Positions 29,420 to 43,290 are shown, numbered from the stretch's first letter. The stretch is 64,000 nucleotides of DNA from the human T2T-CHM13v2.0 reference genome, Homo sapiens (GCF_009914755.1 NC_060934.1); one strand, 5' to 3'. The notes: generated by a model not told the origin, from the letters alone. A program made the numbers and translations.

Positions 29420-30815
29420 CAAGAAATTGGCTCACATTATGGAGGCTGATAAGTCTCAATATCTGCAGTTGGCAAGCTGGAGACACAGAAAAGCTGAAGT
29501 TTAGTTCTAGTTTGAGTCCAAAGGCATGAGAACCAGGAGACCTGATAGTGTAAGCTTCAGTCCAAAAGCTGGCAAGCTCAGTACCTGAGAAAATCCATGT
29601 TTCCATTTGAATTTAAAAGCAAGAAAAGACCAATGGCCCAGCTCAGGTAGCCAGGCAAGAGGAGTCCTCCCTTAATCAACATTTTTGTGCTATTCAGGTC
29701 TTCAATTGACCGGATAAGGCCTACCTACTTTAGAGAGAACAATCTGCTTTATTCACTCTATGAATTTAAATATCAATCTCATCTAGAACATCCTTGCAGA
29801 TACACTTAATAACATTTGTCAGCATATCTGGGTACTCATAGCCTAGTCAAATCAACACATAAAATTAGCTATTATAAGTTCATCCCCTGTCAACGTGGCA
29901 GCCATGTATCTCCTAAAACCATACTTAATTGTCAATTAAAGAAAATAGCAAGGTCATAATTCTGCCTGACAGGATACAACTACTCTGTATACAACCAAAA
30001 GTTGCACTAATCCCTTCCCAGAAAGAGGAAGCAAAGTCCTTGAGTAATGTTTACTCTTCTTGTTATCTCCTAACTTAAATACTATGATGTAAAATTAGCA
30101 TTACTTAAATACTAGGAAACAAAGTCAGTACATCTCATATTATATGATAAAGTCATGAAAACAGGAAGCAACCGTCTTGCTACTGAGTCACTACAGGTAG
30201 GTAATAGTGAACTCTGTCACTCTCATTTACACTCCTTCATTCCTGGAGCCATGAATTCTACTATGGTAAAAACAGCACCATATATTGAATGCTGATTCAG
30301 AGCATATGCAGCCTTCTGGAGATTTTTTCCCAGTTCTGCAAGATATTGCCACCTAGCTGGTGCTGCAGCAGAGTTTTTAATACGCTATTCCACCATTCTA
30401 TCAATCCAATTGCTTCAGGGTCATGGGCAATATGGTAAGACTATTGGATCATAAGCATGGGCCCATTGCTGACATCTATTGCTAGGAAGTGACTTATTTG
30501 ATTACACGCAATGGTGTGTGGTACACTGTGATAGTGTATAAGACATTCGTAAGTCTCTTATGGTAGTTTGGGAAGAAGCACTGCATGCAGGGAAGGCAAT
30601 CCATATTCAAAGTAAGTGTCTATTCCTATAAGAACAAAATGCTGCTACTTCCATGATGAAATTCATCCCATGTAATCAGCCTGCCCCCAGGCAGCCAGCC
30701 AATTACTCCAGGGAATGTCACCATATCAGGGGCTCAATGTTGTCCTCTGCTACTAGTAGACTGAGGAATCAAGTCAGGCTTGGTGAGTGGAAGTTCATAT
30801 TGTTCACTATGTTTT
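28603..30815 (-). mobile_element. MLT2 LTR plus ERVL internal sequence, locally rearranged by an inverted duplication
   Basis: MLT2 LTR termini (tgtaatagctaattttatgtgttgatttgactaggcta; ttgactaata). The PPT-like gttgacaggggatgaact lies before the LTR. ERVL pol-like remnant at 30180-30815. Confidence 0.85.
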
Positions 30816-30816
30816 A

Positions 30817-32177
30817 ACACAGGCACACCAGCTGCTGCAGCTGGGACAGGAAGCTCCAGGTGCCAGCGTGAGTGCTAGCTCACTATAAGGCTTTGGCTAG
30901 ACCAGCTTCCACAAGCAGCTTCCACAGCTGTTACAAGGGAACACAGTTGTACCTGGAAGCTTGCAGACTCCAGGAACCATAGGGTCCCATAGCGGGAGTC
31001 ACAGCTCTGGCCTCGGGAGCTCCCAGGTCTGGGTTCCCATAGAGCCACAGCTCTTTTTTTCTTCTCTCTTCTTGTCATCCACAACATGGTGAGCAAGGGG
31101 TGTGTTTCACCCTTGTTTGTGTTACAGCATTTTTAACCCTGTCATTTGGCAGGTCCCAAGTTCTTGTCTTACCTCCAGGAATAATGAGGTATACAGACAA
31201 GTTGAGGGTGAGCAAAGAGGAGCTATATTGAGTGACAGAACAACTCAGAGGATGTCCTGGAGTGGGCACCTCCATTCTGCAGCTGGGCATCCCAACATCT
31301 GCATCTCTCAGAAGAGATGAGGCCCTGGAGTTGGTAGCTCCTCTCTGCAGCTGGTCGTCCCAATGTCTGCTCAGTTCTGGCTGAGCCTGGGGCTTTTATG
31401 GGTCTCAGAAAGGAAGAAATGCACACTGATTGGTCCATGAGAGGCCATGGGTGGCCCCAGAAAAGGCATCACAAGTTTACACTCTGGTTCACGGGACTGG
31501 CAGCCCAGACCCCAGCCTTCACACCCATCCTGGCCTGAAGGTAGGGCCTCACCAAGGACCCACCCCCTTCTGTGCAGGAGCCCGTCTGCCTCCTGCTGCC
31601 ATTCATGGCACCCAGGCTATTTGTGCCAAAGGATGCCTGCAGGCCAGTGTCAAGCTGCCCTCAGCATCTCCTCAGCTTCCCTCCCATGCTTGTCAGTGCC
31701 CAAAGCCTGGGCAGAGGCCAGAGGCAGGATGGTACTGGTGTATCAGCACTGCCTCAAGCATGCGCACACCTACCAGGCTGCAACAGCACCTGGGCCTACC
31801 CACAACCTTGCTCCAAGATCAGAGCAGGTGTCAAGAGTGGTGAGGAGCCAGGCAACGGGAGCAGAAGATACCTCCAAGTCTGTAAGGGCCTGGGTTTTTT
31901 TCCTGTGCCCCCAAGAGTGTAGAGATGCCTGACTCTGCAGCCATGGCTTGGGCATCTGTAGTTGCACCTTGAAGGACAGGTCTCCTGCCTGCTCCATGGA
32001 ATGGGAGGCCCAGGTCTGCAGCCACTACTTGGGCTGCTGCACCTGTTCCCAGGAAGCTCCAGCTCCACCAACTCAGGAGGGGCATGTTTCCCACTTGTCC
32101 CCAGCTCCTTGCCATGTTTCACCGCTGTAGCTGATGTGACAGCAGTGGCTGCTCCAGATGGGGTGCCGCTGCCATCA
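30817..32177 (-). mobile_element. MER52-type ERV1 LTR, 3' end truncated
   Basis: GC-rich. The minus strand starts tgatggcagcggc at 32177. Internal ggaagcttgcagactccaggaacc and ttcaccctcaacttgtct motifs match the recalled MER52 consensus. Confidence 0.8.
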
Positions 32178-34225
32178 TTATAGCAGTAGATTATTAGACT
32201 ACAGTGTATTTTTACCAGGTAAGGTAAGGTTTTTATGGTTCGCTGAGGACAGTCAATCCCTTCATAAACTAGAACCTGAAGACTGATCTTCTGAGAACAT
32301 CAAAGAAAGACTGTCATTGGCATCCACACTACAGCAAAACTTCAGGACCTTGAACCTTGGGTTCATAATCTCACAACTGAAAAGGCTCCCTTTACACTCT
32401 TGGAACTGTACACCCATTAGAAGCCTTAAAGAAAAGCTAACCAGGGAGGTTTCTCCCCAGAAGAAGATGGCATCCTTGATGTGAACAGGTTTTCCCAAGA
32501 TCACGGATCAAGAGTTCTCTACTATCATGAGACTCTTATCTTTGATTATTTGTCCCTTGCTTATGCTTCTATGAATAATAGAGGTGAAAGGGTTCTCTTG
32601 TGTGCACTTATGGGGTATACTTTTATTTGTGAAGGATTTTGCAGCCAGCCTTATACATGGATAACCTTACACCTTAATAGACAAAAATGAAGGCCCAATG
32701 TAGATGAGAAACTTTAATGGTACGTACATTGCCTCATAATCAGTCAGAAACAGAACATTGATTTACTCCTTTTAGTCCACATCATGGGCTAAGGAGAACA
32801 TTGCTGGGAGGATTTCACTCTTCTAAAAGGGCATCATTTGTTAGGTCCTTATTCCATAGTTTGGAATAAAAATGTCAATGATTAAAAATGTATCCCTCAT
32901 GATAGGCTCTAAAGCAGATTCTACTGTAAAGGCTATGGTTACACACAAACTTTAAATTCTCTTGTGAAAGTTATGCTAAATAATACAATTGATCTGGATT
33001 AGTTACTGGCTAAACAGAAGTCTCTGTACAGATGTTGGCACTTATGGCCTATGGAGAAAACGTCACGTATTATAGAGATTTAGTTGTAGGGGATTAATGA
33101 AGATACTCCTTAGTTAAGTGAGTAGACTCTTCATATAGCTCATTCTTTGATCTATTTAATTTTAGGTGGTTTGGTTTATGTGGACCCCGGGTAAGGAGCA
33201 TACTCCAAACTCTTGGTATTATCCTACTGATAGTCATAATAATAGTCTTTCTGGTGTGCTATATTCTCTTAAAAGTTTTAAGTGTTTGCATGCAGCCATC
33301 TCTAGAATGTCAAATGGTCTCTCTTTAACTGGAATGACAAGAGCTGAAAGAAATATGCAGCCATGAGGACACCGTGACTTATGAATGACATGCTGAGACC
33401 AGAAACCCAAAATGATGGTAACTGAGAGTGGTGCTAAGGCCCTAAGTTTGTTCACACTCTCACCTAAGTGAGAACATGACCTAAAAAAAAGGGGGATTCT
33501 TTTAAACGAAATTATGGGAGGCCATTGTTTTGGACTGAGCTAGGCCCCAATAGACCAAACCAAACAAAACTCGGGTTGCTTGTGCTAAATGTAACATAAT
33601 CAAACTACGTTTGATCATGGAAAACATACAAACACATAGGTTCTACAACAGACCAGGTTTTGTTTTTCTTCTGTAAACAGAACGTTCCAGCATATGGATA
33701 CACCCTCTACTCAGTCCTTGTTCACATCTTTGCCAAACTCACTGTTCTGCTCTTTCCCAGTAAGTTTCAAGAGCCATGGTAATAGTAACATCAGTAACTA
33801 AAGTTTTGGTCAATATCTCAAGATTGAGAAAATGACCCAAAGAGGGAAATTGTTAAATCAAGTTTAGCCTAAAGCTGCCTCCTTACATATTAAAGTTCAA
33901 CCTAAAGGTTTTTCTGTACATCGTGAACTATAACAAGTGGAGTTGTAAACCAACTGTAGCCCACACCTGTACCAATCACTGAGTTTTGGCCAAATGTAGC
34001 TAACAGTTCCAACCATGTTCAAATAAGGCAAAGGCCCAGCTGCAACTAATCCAGTTGTTTCTGTACCTCACTTTCCTTTTGCTGTCCATAAATCTTCTTC
34101 CACCACGTGGCTGCGCTACAGTCTCTCTAAATCTGCTGTAATTCTGGGCGCTACCTGATTCTCCCATCATTCATTGCTCATACTACTTTAAATTTAATTT
34201 GGTTGAAATTTTTCTCTTAATGACA
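32178..34225 (+). mobile_element. MER57-type ERV1 internal region plus 3' LTR (LTR 33851-~34225)
   Basis: Polypurine tract aaagagggaaat is followed by tgttaaatcaagtttagcctaaagctgcctccttacata (MER57 LTR start). Degenerate env-like internal sequence lies upstream. Confidence 0.8.
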
Positions 34226-34385
34226 ATCATAGAATCAGTGTAACAATCTGTCTTCAAAAGTAGTAAAGTGTGTTACTTCTATAGGAGAAAACAAGACATC
34301 TGTAATGATAAGCCAGAATGGTCACTGCAAACAGCAAGATGTATATTTAACTCAGCCTATTCTTGGTGTAAAATATATATATATA

Positions 34386-34590
34386 AAATTTAAAGTAGTT
34401 TGAGCAATGAACGATGGGAGAATCAGGCAGCGCCCAGAATTACAGCAGATTTAGAGAGACTGTAGCGCAGCCACGTGGTGGAAGAAGATTAATGGACAGC
34501 AAAAGGAAAAGTGAGGTACAGAAACAACTGGATTAGTTGCAGCTGGGCCTTTGCCTTATTTGAACATGGTTGGAACTGTTAGCTACATTT
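34386..34590 (-). repeat. Inverted copy of 33992-34195 (part of the MER57 LTR)
   Basis: Manual alignment gives ~205 bp with 4 substitutions and 1 indel. Confidence 0.95.
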
Positions 34591-35748
34591 TTATATATAT
34601 ATTATATATAATATATTATATATTATATATAATATATTATATATTATATATAATATATTATATATTATATATAATATATTATATATAATATATATAATTT
34701 ATGTATTATATATAATATATATAATTTATGTATTATATATGATATATAATTTATGTATTATATAATATATAATATATAATTTATGTATTATATATTATAT
34801 ATAATTCATAAATTATGTATAATATATAATATAATTTATATATTATATAATACATCTATATTTTTATATATTTTATATTTATATATATTTAACATTATAT
34901 ATATTTATATATATCTATATATTATATATATTTATATATTATATATACATATATAATATACTTATATATAATATATATTATATATATTTTATATATGTAT
35001 ATATAGTATATTATATATAGTATATATTTATATATTATATATAATTATATATTATATATAGTATATATTTATATATTATATATAATTATATATTATATAT
35101 TTATATATAATATATTTATATATTATATAATTATATATTATATATTTATATAATATATAATTACATATTATATATTTATATATTATATATAATTACATAT
35201 TATATATTTATATATTATATATAATTACATATTATATATTTATATATTATATATAATTACATATTATATATTTATATATTATATATAATTACATATTATA
35301 TATTTATATATTATATATAATTACATATTATACATTTATATATTATATATAATTATATATTATACATTTATATATTATATTAATATATTATAATATATAT
35401 TATATATTATATTAATATATTATAATATATATTATATATTATATTAATATATTATAATATATATTATATATTATATATATATTTATATATATTTATATAT
35501 AATTATATATTATATATTATATATTTATATTTTATATATATTATATATATTATATATTTATATATTTATATATTTATATATATTATAAATATATATATAA
35601 TATAATATATTTATATTATATGTAATATATTATATAATATATTACATATAATATATAATATATTATATATAATTATATATTGTATCTTTATATATCATAT
35701 ATATTTATATGATATATATTTATATATCATATATATTTTTATATATAT
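34591..35748. repeat. AT-rich minisatellite/VNTR
   Basis: Almost pure A/T. Includes ~6 tandem copies of the 32-bp unit ttacatattatatatttatatattatatataa (period visible at 35161, 35193, 35225, 35257, 35289, 35321). Confidence 0.97.
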
Positions 35749-36149
35749 GGAAAACACATTTTAACTAGGTTCTGCACTCTCTCCTTTATCACTTTTTTAC
35801 TTAGCTCAGATTTAGAACAACGTGAATAGTTCATGAGCTCAAATGTTCTCCCAAGTTCAGTTAATAACACCAGCTTGAGGTTGCTGTACACACTTAATAA
35901 AATGTGCTAATATTTAATAAAACTAATATTATTAATAATTACCTCATAGACTCTCCACTCTTTCCCTTTTTCACAATAAGCAAATCTCCTCTTTTTATAA
36001 GGCTCAGATTGGAGGGTTTATGCCATATTTATTTTAATACACTGACTTCGTGAAGATATCCTGAGAGTTCTAGAATTTTTTACATTAACATTTTCAGATT
36101 GATTTATCATGAATGTTATTCCCTGTGCATCTCTTTTTCATTTGTAACT

Positions 36150-36370
36150 GTTTATGAGGACTTGTTATGCACCAGATATTTTGCTAGCAACTTTATAAGC
36201 AGTATCCCATGTAATCCTCAAAATACTCTATGAGGAATTTTTGTTATTTATTCTCCTTTACAGGCAAGGGAATCTAAATCTCAGGGAAGTTCATTACCTG
36301 TTCCAATGTTACAGAGGAGAAAGGTGATGGAACTGGGATTTTAGTTCCATCCAGGCAATCCTACATCAGC
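36150..36370 (-). mobile_element. MIR SINE
   Basis: atcctcaaaatactctatgagg...ctttacaggcaagggaatctaaatctcagggaagtt core. Confidence 0.6.
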
Positions 36371-36587
36371 TCTCACTTTTAATCTCTTCCCAACTTTGTC
36401 TCTCTCTATTTCTTTTCAGATGATAATGATTTCATAAGTATGATTGATTTTGCCTGACTAAGCCAAACTATATTAGCACGTTATTAGGTTAGAATAACTT
36501 AATCCCTTTACTTGGAGAAAAAAAAAACAAATCAATTAAACAACTGCATTGATGAGACAGAGGAACTGTTTTAGGCATAATGTAGTC

Positions 36588-36768
36588 TAGAAGTTTTTCA
36601 AGTGTGATCAACAGACCAACAGCATCCACATCATACACAAATGTATTAGAAATGCAAATTCTTGGGTACCATTCCAGCATGAATGAATCAGAAACTAAGG
36701 AAACAGCAATCTGTCTTTTAACACGTCTTTTAAGTGAATTTTAGATTCCAAAATATATTAACCACTGC
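36588..36768. mobile_element. MER5A (hAT-Charlie) MITE
   Basis: ttttcaagtgtgatc...ttagaaatgcaaattcttggg...gaatcagaaact...accactg. Confidence 0.7.
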
Positions 36769-37504
36769 CATAATCAAGGGGTCAATAAATTAATGAACAT
36801 GAGTCAAGCTTAGGCACCTCTTATTTGTTTGCTTTTTAAAATTTTAATATGATATACATACATCATTAAAAAATTTTAAGTGTATAATTCTATGGTAGTA
36901 ATTACATGCAAAATGTATAAACATCAGAACTATCTATTTCTAAAATTAGCTCATCACTCCAAACAAAAACTATACTCATAAAACGGTAACACCTTTTAAC
37001 TCTCCCCTCACATCCTAGTAATCACTAACATGTTTTCTATCTCTATGAATTTTCCCATTCTAGATATTTCATATGTTTGGAATCATACAATATTTGTCCT
37101 TTTGAGTCTGGCTTATTTCACTTAGAAAATGTTTTTAAGGTTCATTATGCTGTAGTGTGTATCAAAACATCATTCTTTTTTATGGCTGAATAATAATCCT
37201 TTGTATTTATGTACAACATTTTGTTCATCTATTCATTGATTAAAGATTCATCTGTTAGGGTTTTTCTACCTTTTGACTATTGTAAAAAATGCTGCAAAAA
37301 AAAAACACTGGTGTACAAGTATCTGTTTGAGTCACGCTTAAATTATTTCGGGTATATACCTAGAAGTGGAATTATTCTATGTTTAGCTTTTTGATTAACC
37401 TCCAAATTGATTTCCACAGTAAGTGCACAATTTGATATTTCCACCACCAATGTAAGTGTCTTTAACTTTATCCACATCTTGGCTAACCCTTTTTCCTCCC
37501 CCTA

Positions 37505-37538
<34 letters not shown>

Positions 37539-37594
37539 TTTAATGTATTTATGTATTTATTTTTTATTACAGTCATCCTAATAGTTGCGAAGAA

Positions 37595-38054
<460 letters not shown>

Positions 38055-38070
38055 TTAAAATAGGTTCTTT

Positions 38071-38792
38071 AGTTTAATTAATTCTTAATAATTTATCTTT
38101 ATATTGCATTTGCTTTTAGGTTCTTGGTCATGAAATCCTTGCTTAAGCCAATGTCTAGAAGGGTTTTTCCAATGTTATCGTCTAGAATTTTTATGGTCTC
38201 AGGTCTTAGATTTAAATCTTTAATCCATCTTGAGCTGATTTTTGTATAAGGTGAGAGATGAGCATCCAGTTTCATTCTCCTACATGTGGCTAGCCAATTA
38301 TCCCAGCATCATTTGTTGAAAAGGGTGTCCTTTCCCCACTTTATGTTTTTGTTTACTTTGTTGAAGATCAATTGGCTCTAAGTATTTGGATTTATTTCTG
38401 GGTTTTCTATTCTGTTCCATTGGTTTATGTGCCTATTTTTATACCAGAGCTTTTGCACTGCAAAAGGAACAGTCAGCAGAGTAAATAGACACCTGAAGAG
38501 TGGGAAAAAATATTCACACTCTATACATCTGAGAAAGGACTAATATCCAGAATCTACAATGAACTCAAACAAATCAACAAGGAAAAAACAAACAATCCCA
38601 TCAAAAAGTGGACTAAGGACATGAATAGACAATTCTCAAAAGAAGATATACAAATGGCCAACAAACATATGAAAAAATGCTCAACATCACTAATGATCAA
38701 GGATGAGTGCACCAAATCTCACAAATCACCACTAAAGAACTTACTCATGTAACCAAACACCACCTGTTCCCCAATAAACTATGGAAATTTAA
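38071..38792 (+). mobile_element. L1PB1-like insertion with 5' inversion and internal deletion
   Basis: Inverted ORF2 piece at 38071-38447 and sense piece at 38448-38702. The L1PB 3' end tctcacaaatcaccactaaagaacttactcatgtaacc lies at 38703-38792. TSD aaaatag(g/c)ttcttt at 38057 and 38793. Confidence 0.85.
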
Positions 38793-40543
38793 AAAATAGC
38801 TTCTTTGTCTTCTGTTATTGAGTTTTAAAGATTCTTTATATATTTTGGATATTAAATCCTTATGAGATATATGATTTGCAAATTTTTTCCATTCTGTAAG
38901 CTATCTCTCACTTTCTTCATAATGTCCTTTAATGAACCGATGTTTTTAATTTTGATAAAGTTCAACTTATCTAGTTTTTTGTTGCTGTGGTATTTTTGGT
39001 GTCATATTTAAAAATCCATTGCCAAATCCCAGTTCATATTTATCCCTAAGAGTATCACGGTTTTGGCTCTCATATTTGAGTCATCGATTCATTTTGAATA
39101 TATTTTTGTATATAGTATGAGTAAATTTTTTACATATGGTGTGAGTTAATTTTTGTATATGGGATGAAGCCTAACCTTAATTTGTCTTTGGAAATTCAGT
39201 TGTCCTAACATCATTTGTTGAATATTTTTCTTGACTTGGCAGGCTTGTTAAAAATAAATTTTCCATAAATATATGGTTTATGTCTGGATTCAATTCTATT
39301 CCATTTATCTATACACCTATCCTATGCCATTTCCATGCTGTTTTAATTACTGTAGGTTTTTGATAAGTTTTGAAATGGTAGAGTTTGAGTCCTCCAACTT
39401 TATCTTTGTTTTTTAGGATTTCCATGTACAATTCTGGAATTTGAGAATTGGTATTTCTGTTTCAGTAAAATGACTATTGGAATTTTACTAAATATTGTAT
39501 TGAATCTTTAGACAGCTTTGGTAGTTCTGCTATTTTAGCACTATTAATTTGTCTTCAAATCCATCAACATAGGGTTGCTTTCAATTTGTTTAGGACTTCT
39601 TTAATTTCTTTTGGTGATGCTTTGCTCTTTTCAGTGTACAAGTGTTCACATTTTTCATTAAATTTATTCTTAGGTGTTTTGTTCTTTTAGATACTATCAT
39701 AAATGGAATTTGTTTCCTAATTTTGTTTTTGGATTATTTATTTCTAGCATATAGAGACATGAATGAATCTTGTGTGTTGACCTTGTAATATGCAGTTTTG
39801 CTGAATTTTTTATTAGCTCTACTAGCTTTCTGATGGATTTTTTTTCAGATTTTTTTATATGTAGAATTATGTAATCTGAAAAGAGAAATAATTTATTCCT
39901 TTCCAGTTTGGATGCCTCTTATTTGTCTTTCTTGCTAATTGCTCTGCTAGAAGTTGCAATGTTCACTAGTGATTAAAGCAGACATCCTTGTCTTGTTCCT
40001 GATGTTAAAGAAAAGTGTTCAGTCTTTTGCCATTGAATATGTTGTTAGCTGCGGGTATTTTTAAAATGTCCTTTATTAGGTTAAGGAAATTCCCTTCTTT
40101 ATGCTCAGTGACTTTTACCATGAAGGTGTGTTGAATTTTGTCAAATGCTATTTCTGTGTCAATGAATTGATCTCCTTTTTTTCTTCTTCTTCTTCTTTGC
40201 TGTATTACATCGGTAATTTCAATGTGCTGCTTTACATTGATTGGTTTTCTTACATTGAACTACCCTTACATTTATAAGATAAATTCTTCTTGGTCATAGG
40301 GCATAATCCTGTTTAGGAATTTGGTTTCCTAGTATTTGGTAAAGAGTTTTGCATTTATATGTGTAAAGAATATTCACCTGTAATTGTCTTTACTTGTGGT
40401 CTCTTCATCTGTACTTACACTAGGAGAAATGCTTGCCTCATAGAATGAATTAATCAGTAATATCTCCATTTCTGTTTTTGGGAAAGTTTGCCATGCAATT
40501 TTTGCCAGTTCGTCTCTAAATGTATCCTATAAGTTACTATTAA

Positions 40544-40911
<368 letters not shown>

Positions 40912-43064
40912 TTACTACAACTTGTATTTCTTTACCTATTATTGCTCTGTTGACATATATATTTTATTTCTTCTTGAGTGAGCTTAGGTAATTTGTGTGT
41001 TTCTAGAAAATTCAACAATTTCATCTAGGTTATCTAGTTTATGGCTTAATTTGGTCATATTATTCTCATAATCATTTTTATTTCTATAAGATCAGTAGTA
41101 ATAGCCCCAGTTTTATTTCTGATTTCAATTATTTATTATCTCTTTTCTTCTTTATCAGTATAGAGTAATTTGTCAATTTTGCCGATTTTTTAATAGAATC
41201 AGCTTTTGGTTTTATTATTTCTTTCTCTATAATTCCTGCCCTGTATTTTATTTACTTCCATTTTAATTATTATTATTTCCTCTCTTCTACTTGTGTTTAA
41301 TTTGCTCTTATTTTCTGGTTCATAAAAGTCTGAAGTTATGTTATTGATTTGAGATCTTTTGTACATTTTTTAATGTAGGCTATTGCAACTATAAATTTTC
41401 ATCTGAGCACTGATTTTGCTTCATATCATAAGTTTAGTATGTTGTGTTGTTATTGCATATCTTCAGATATTTGTAATTTCTCTTCTTTGATCCATTGCTT
41501 GAAAAGGCACTCATGGTTTAATTGCCATATATTTGTATATTTTCCAGTTTTTCTCCTGTTGTTGATTTAAAGTTCCACTCCATTGTGTTCCGAGAAGATG
41601 CTTTGTATAAGTTTAATGTTTTTAAAATTTATTGAAGAATTCTTTGTTGCCTAACACATGGGCTATCAGAGAGAACATGTATTCTGCTGTTGTTGGGTGG
41701 AATGTCCTGTGTATGTCTATTAGGTATAGTTGATTTATATAAACACTATACTTTAATTCCTCTATTTCCTTGTTGCAGATTTTCTATCAAGAATTTGAAG
41801 TGGCCCATTGATGTCTCCAACTATTATTGCAGAACTACGTATTCTCTCCCTAAATTTTGCCAATATTTGCTTCGTATATTTTGGGGGGCCCTGTTGTTTA
41901 GTGTGTGCATATTTATAATTGTTATATCTTCTTGATAAATTGATCCTTTTATTAGTGTTTAATGCCCTTGTTCCAATTGTAACAGTGGTTAAATTAAAGT
42001 CAATTCATGTCATACTAGTAGAGCCACACCACCTCTCTTTTGGTTACCATTTGTATGGAATATATTTTTCTGTTTTTCACTTTCAATTTATTTGTGGCTT
42101 GCAACTAAATTGAGTCTCTTATAAAAAAAATGTAGTTGTGTGATTTTTAAAATCCATTACACTGACTTTTGCCTCTCAATTGGAAAGTTTACTTCATTTA
42201 CTTTTATAGAAATTATTGATGAGAATTACTACTGCCATTTTGCTTTTTGTTTTCTATATGGCTTACAATTTTTTGTTCATTTCTTCCCTTAATAGTTTTT
42301 TTGTGATTAGTTGATTTTTATAGTAAAATGTTTTAAAAACCTCTGTCATTTTCTTATGTGTGCATTTTAAAAATATTGTCTCTAACTGCCATAAGGATTC
42401 TGTTTAATATCTTAAATTTATAATCCTCTATGTTTTAATTAATGCCAACATAATTTCAATAGCATGAAACACTCCATATCTGTGCAGTCCCCTTACCCAT
42501 TTCATGTTGTTTCACAAATTACATTCATATACATTCTGTGCTGAATAACATAAATTTATAATTATTTTTATAAATTTTTTCAACATGTATAGAAAATAAA
42601 AATGGAGTTATAAACTAAAAATAAAATAATGCTAAGTTTTATAATTGCCCATGGACTTACTTTTTCCAGGAAACCTTTATTTCTTCATTCATCTTTAGGT
42701 TATTGTCTAGTGTCTTTTCATTTCAACCTGAAAGAATCTCTTTAGCATTTTTCATAGGACACGTCTGTAGGTTATAAACTCCGTCATCTTTTGTTTCTCT
42801 GTAAATGTCTTAATTCTTTACTCATTTATCATAGAATGTTTTGCTAGATAAAGAATTCTCAGTAAGCAGTTGTTACTGTTTTTGGTCTTTCTTTCAGGAC
42901 TAAAACATATTTGTCCACTATCTTCTCACTACCATCATTTATAATGAGAAAATAGCTCTTAATCTTATTGAGAATCCCTTGTACATAATAAATCGATTTT
43001 CCCTAGCTACTTGCAAAATTGTCTGTTTGTCTTTAGCTTTCAATAATTTGACAACTGTATATCT

Positions 43065-43290
43065 GGAGAAACCCCGTATATATGGAGAAACCCCGTCTCT
43101 ACTAAAAACACAAAAAATTAGCCAGGCGCAGTGGTGCATGCCTGTAATCCCAGCTACTCGGGAGGCTGAGGTAGGAGAATCACTTGAACTTGGGAGGCGG
43201 AGGTTGCGGTGAGCCAAGATCGTGCCAGCCTGGGCAACAATAGCAAAACTCTGTATCACAAAACAAAAAACAAAAAACAAAAACAAAAAC
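43065..43290 (+). mobile_element. 5'-truncated Alu (AluSp-like)
   Basis: Starts at ggagaaaccccgtctctactaaaa; contains the right arm and a (CAAAAA)n tail. Confidence 0.9.

Noticed and set aside
31430-32183. Cluster of overlapping ORFs on both strands
   Set aside because: All lie within the GC-rich MER52 LTR.
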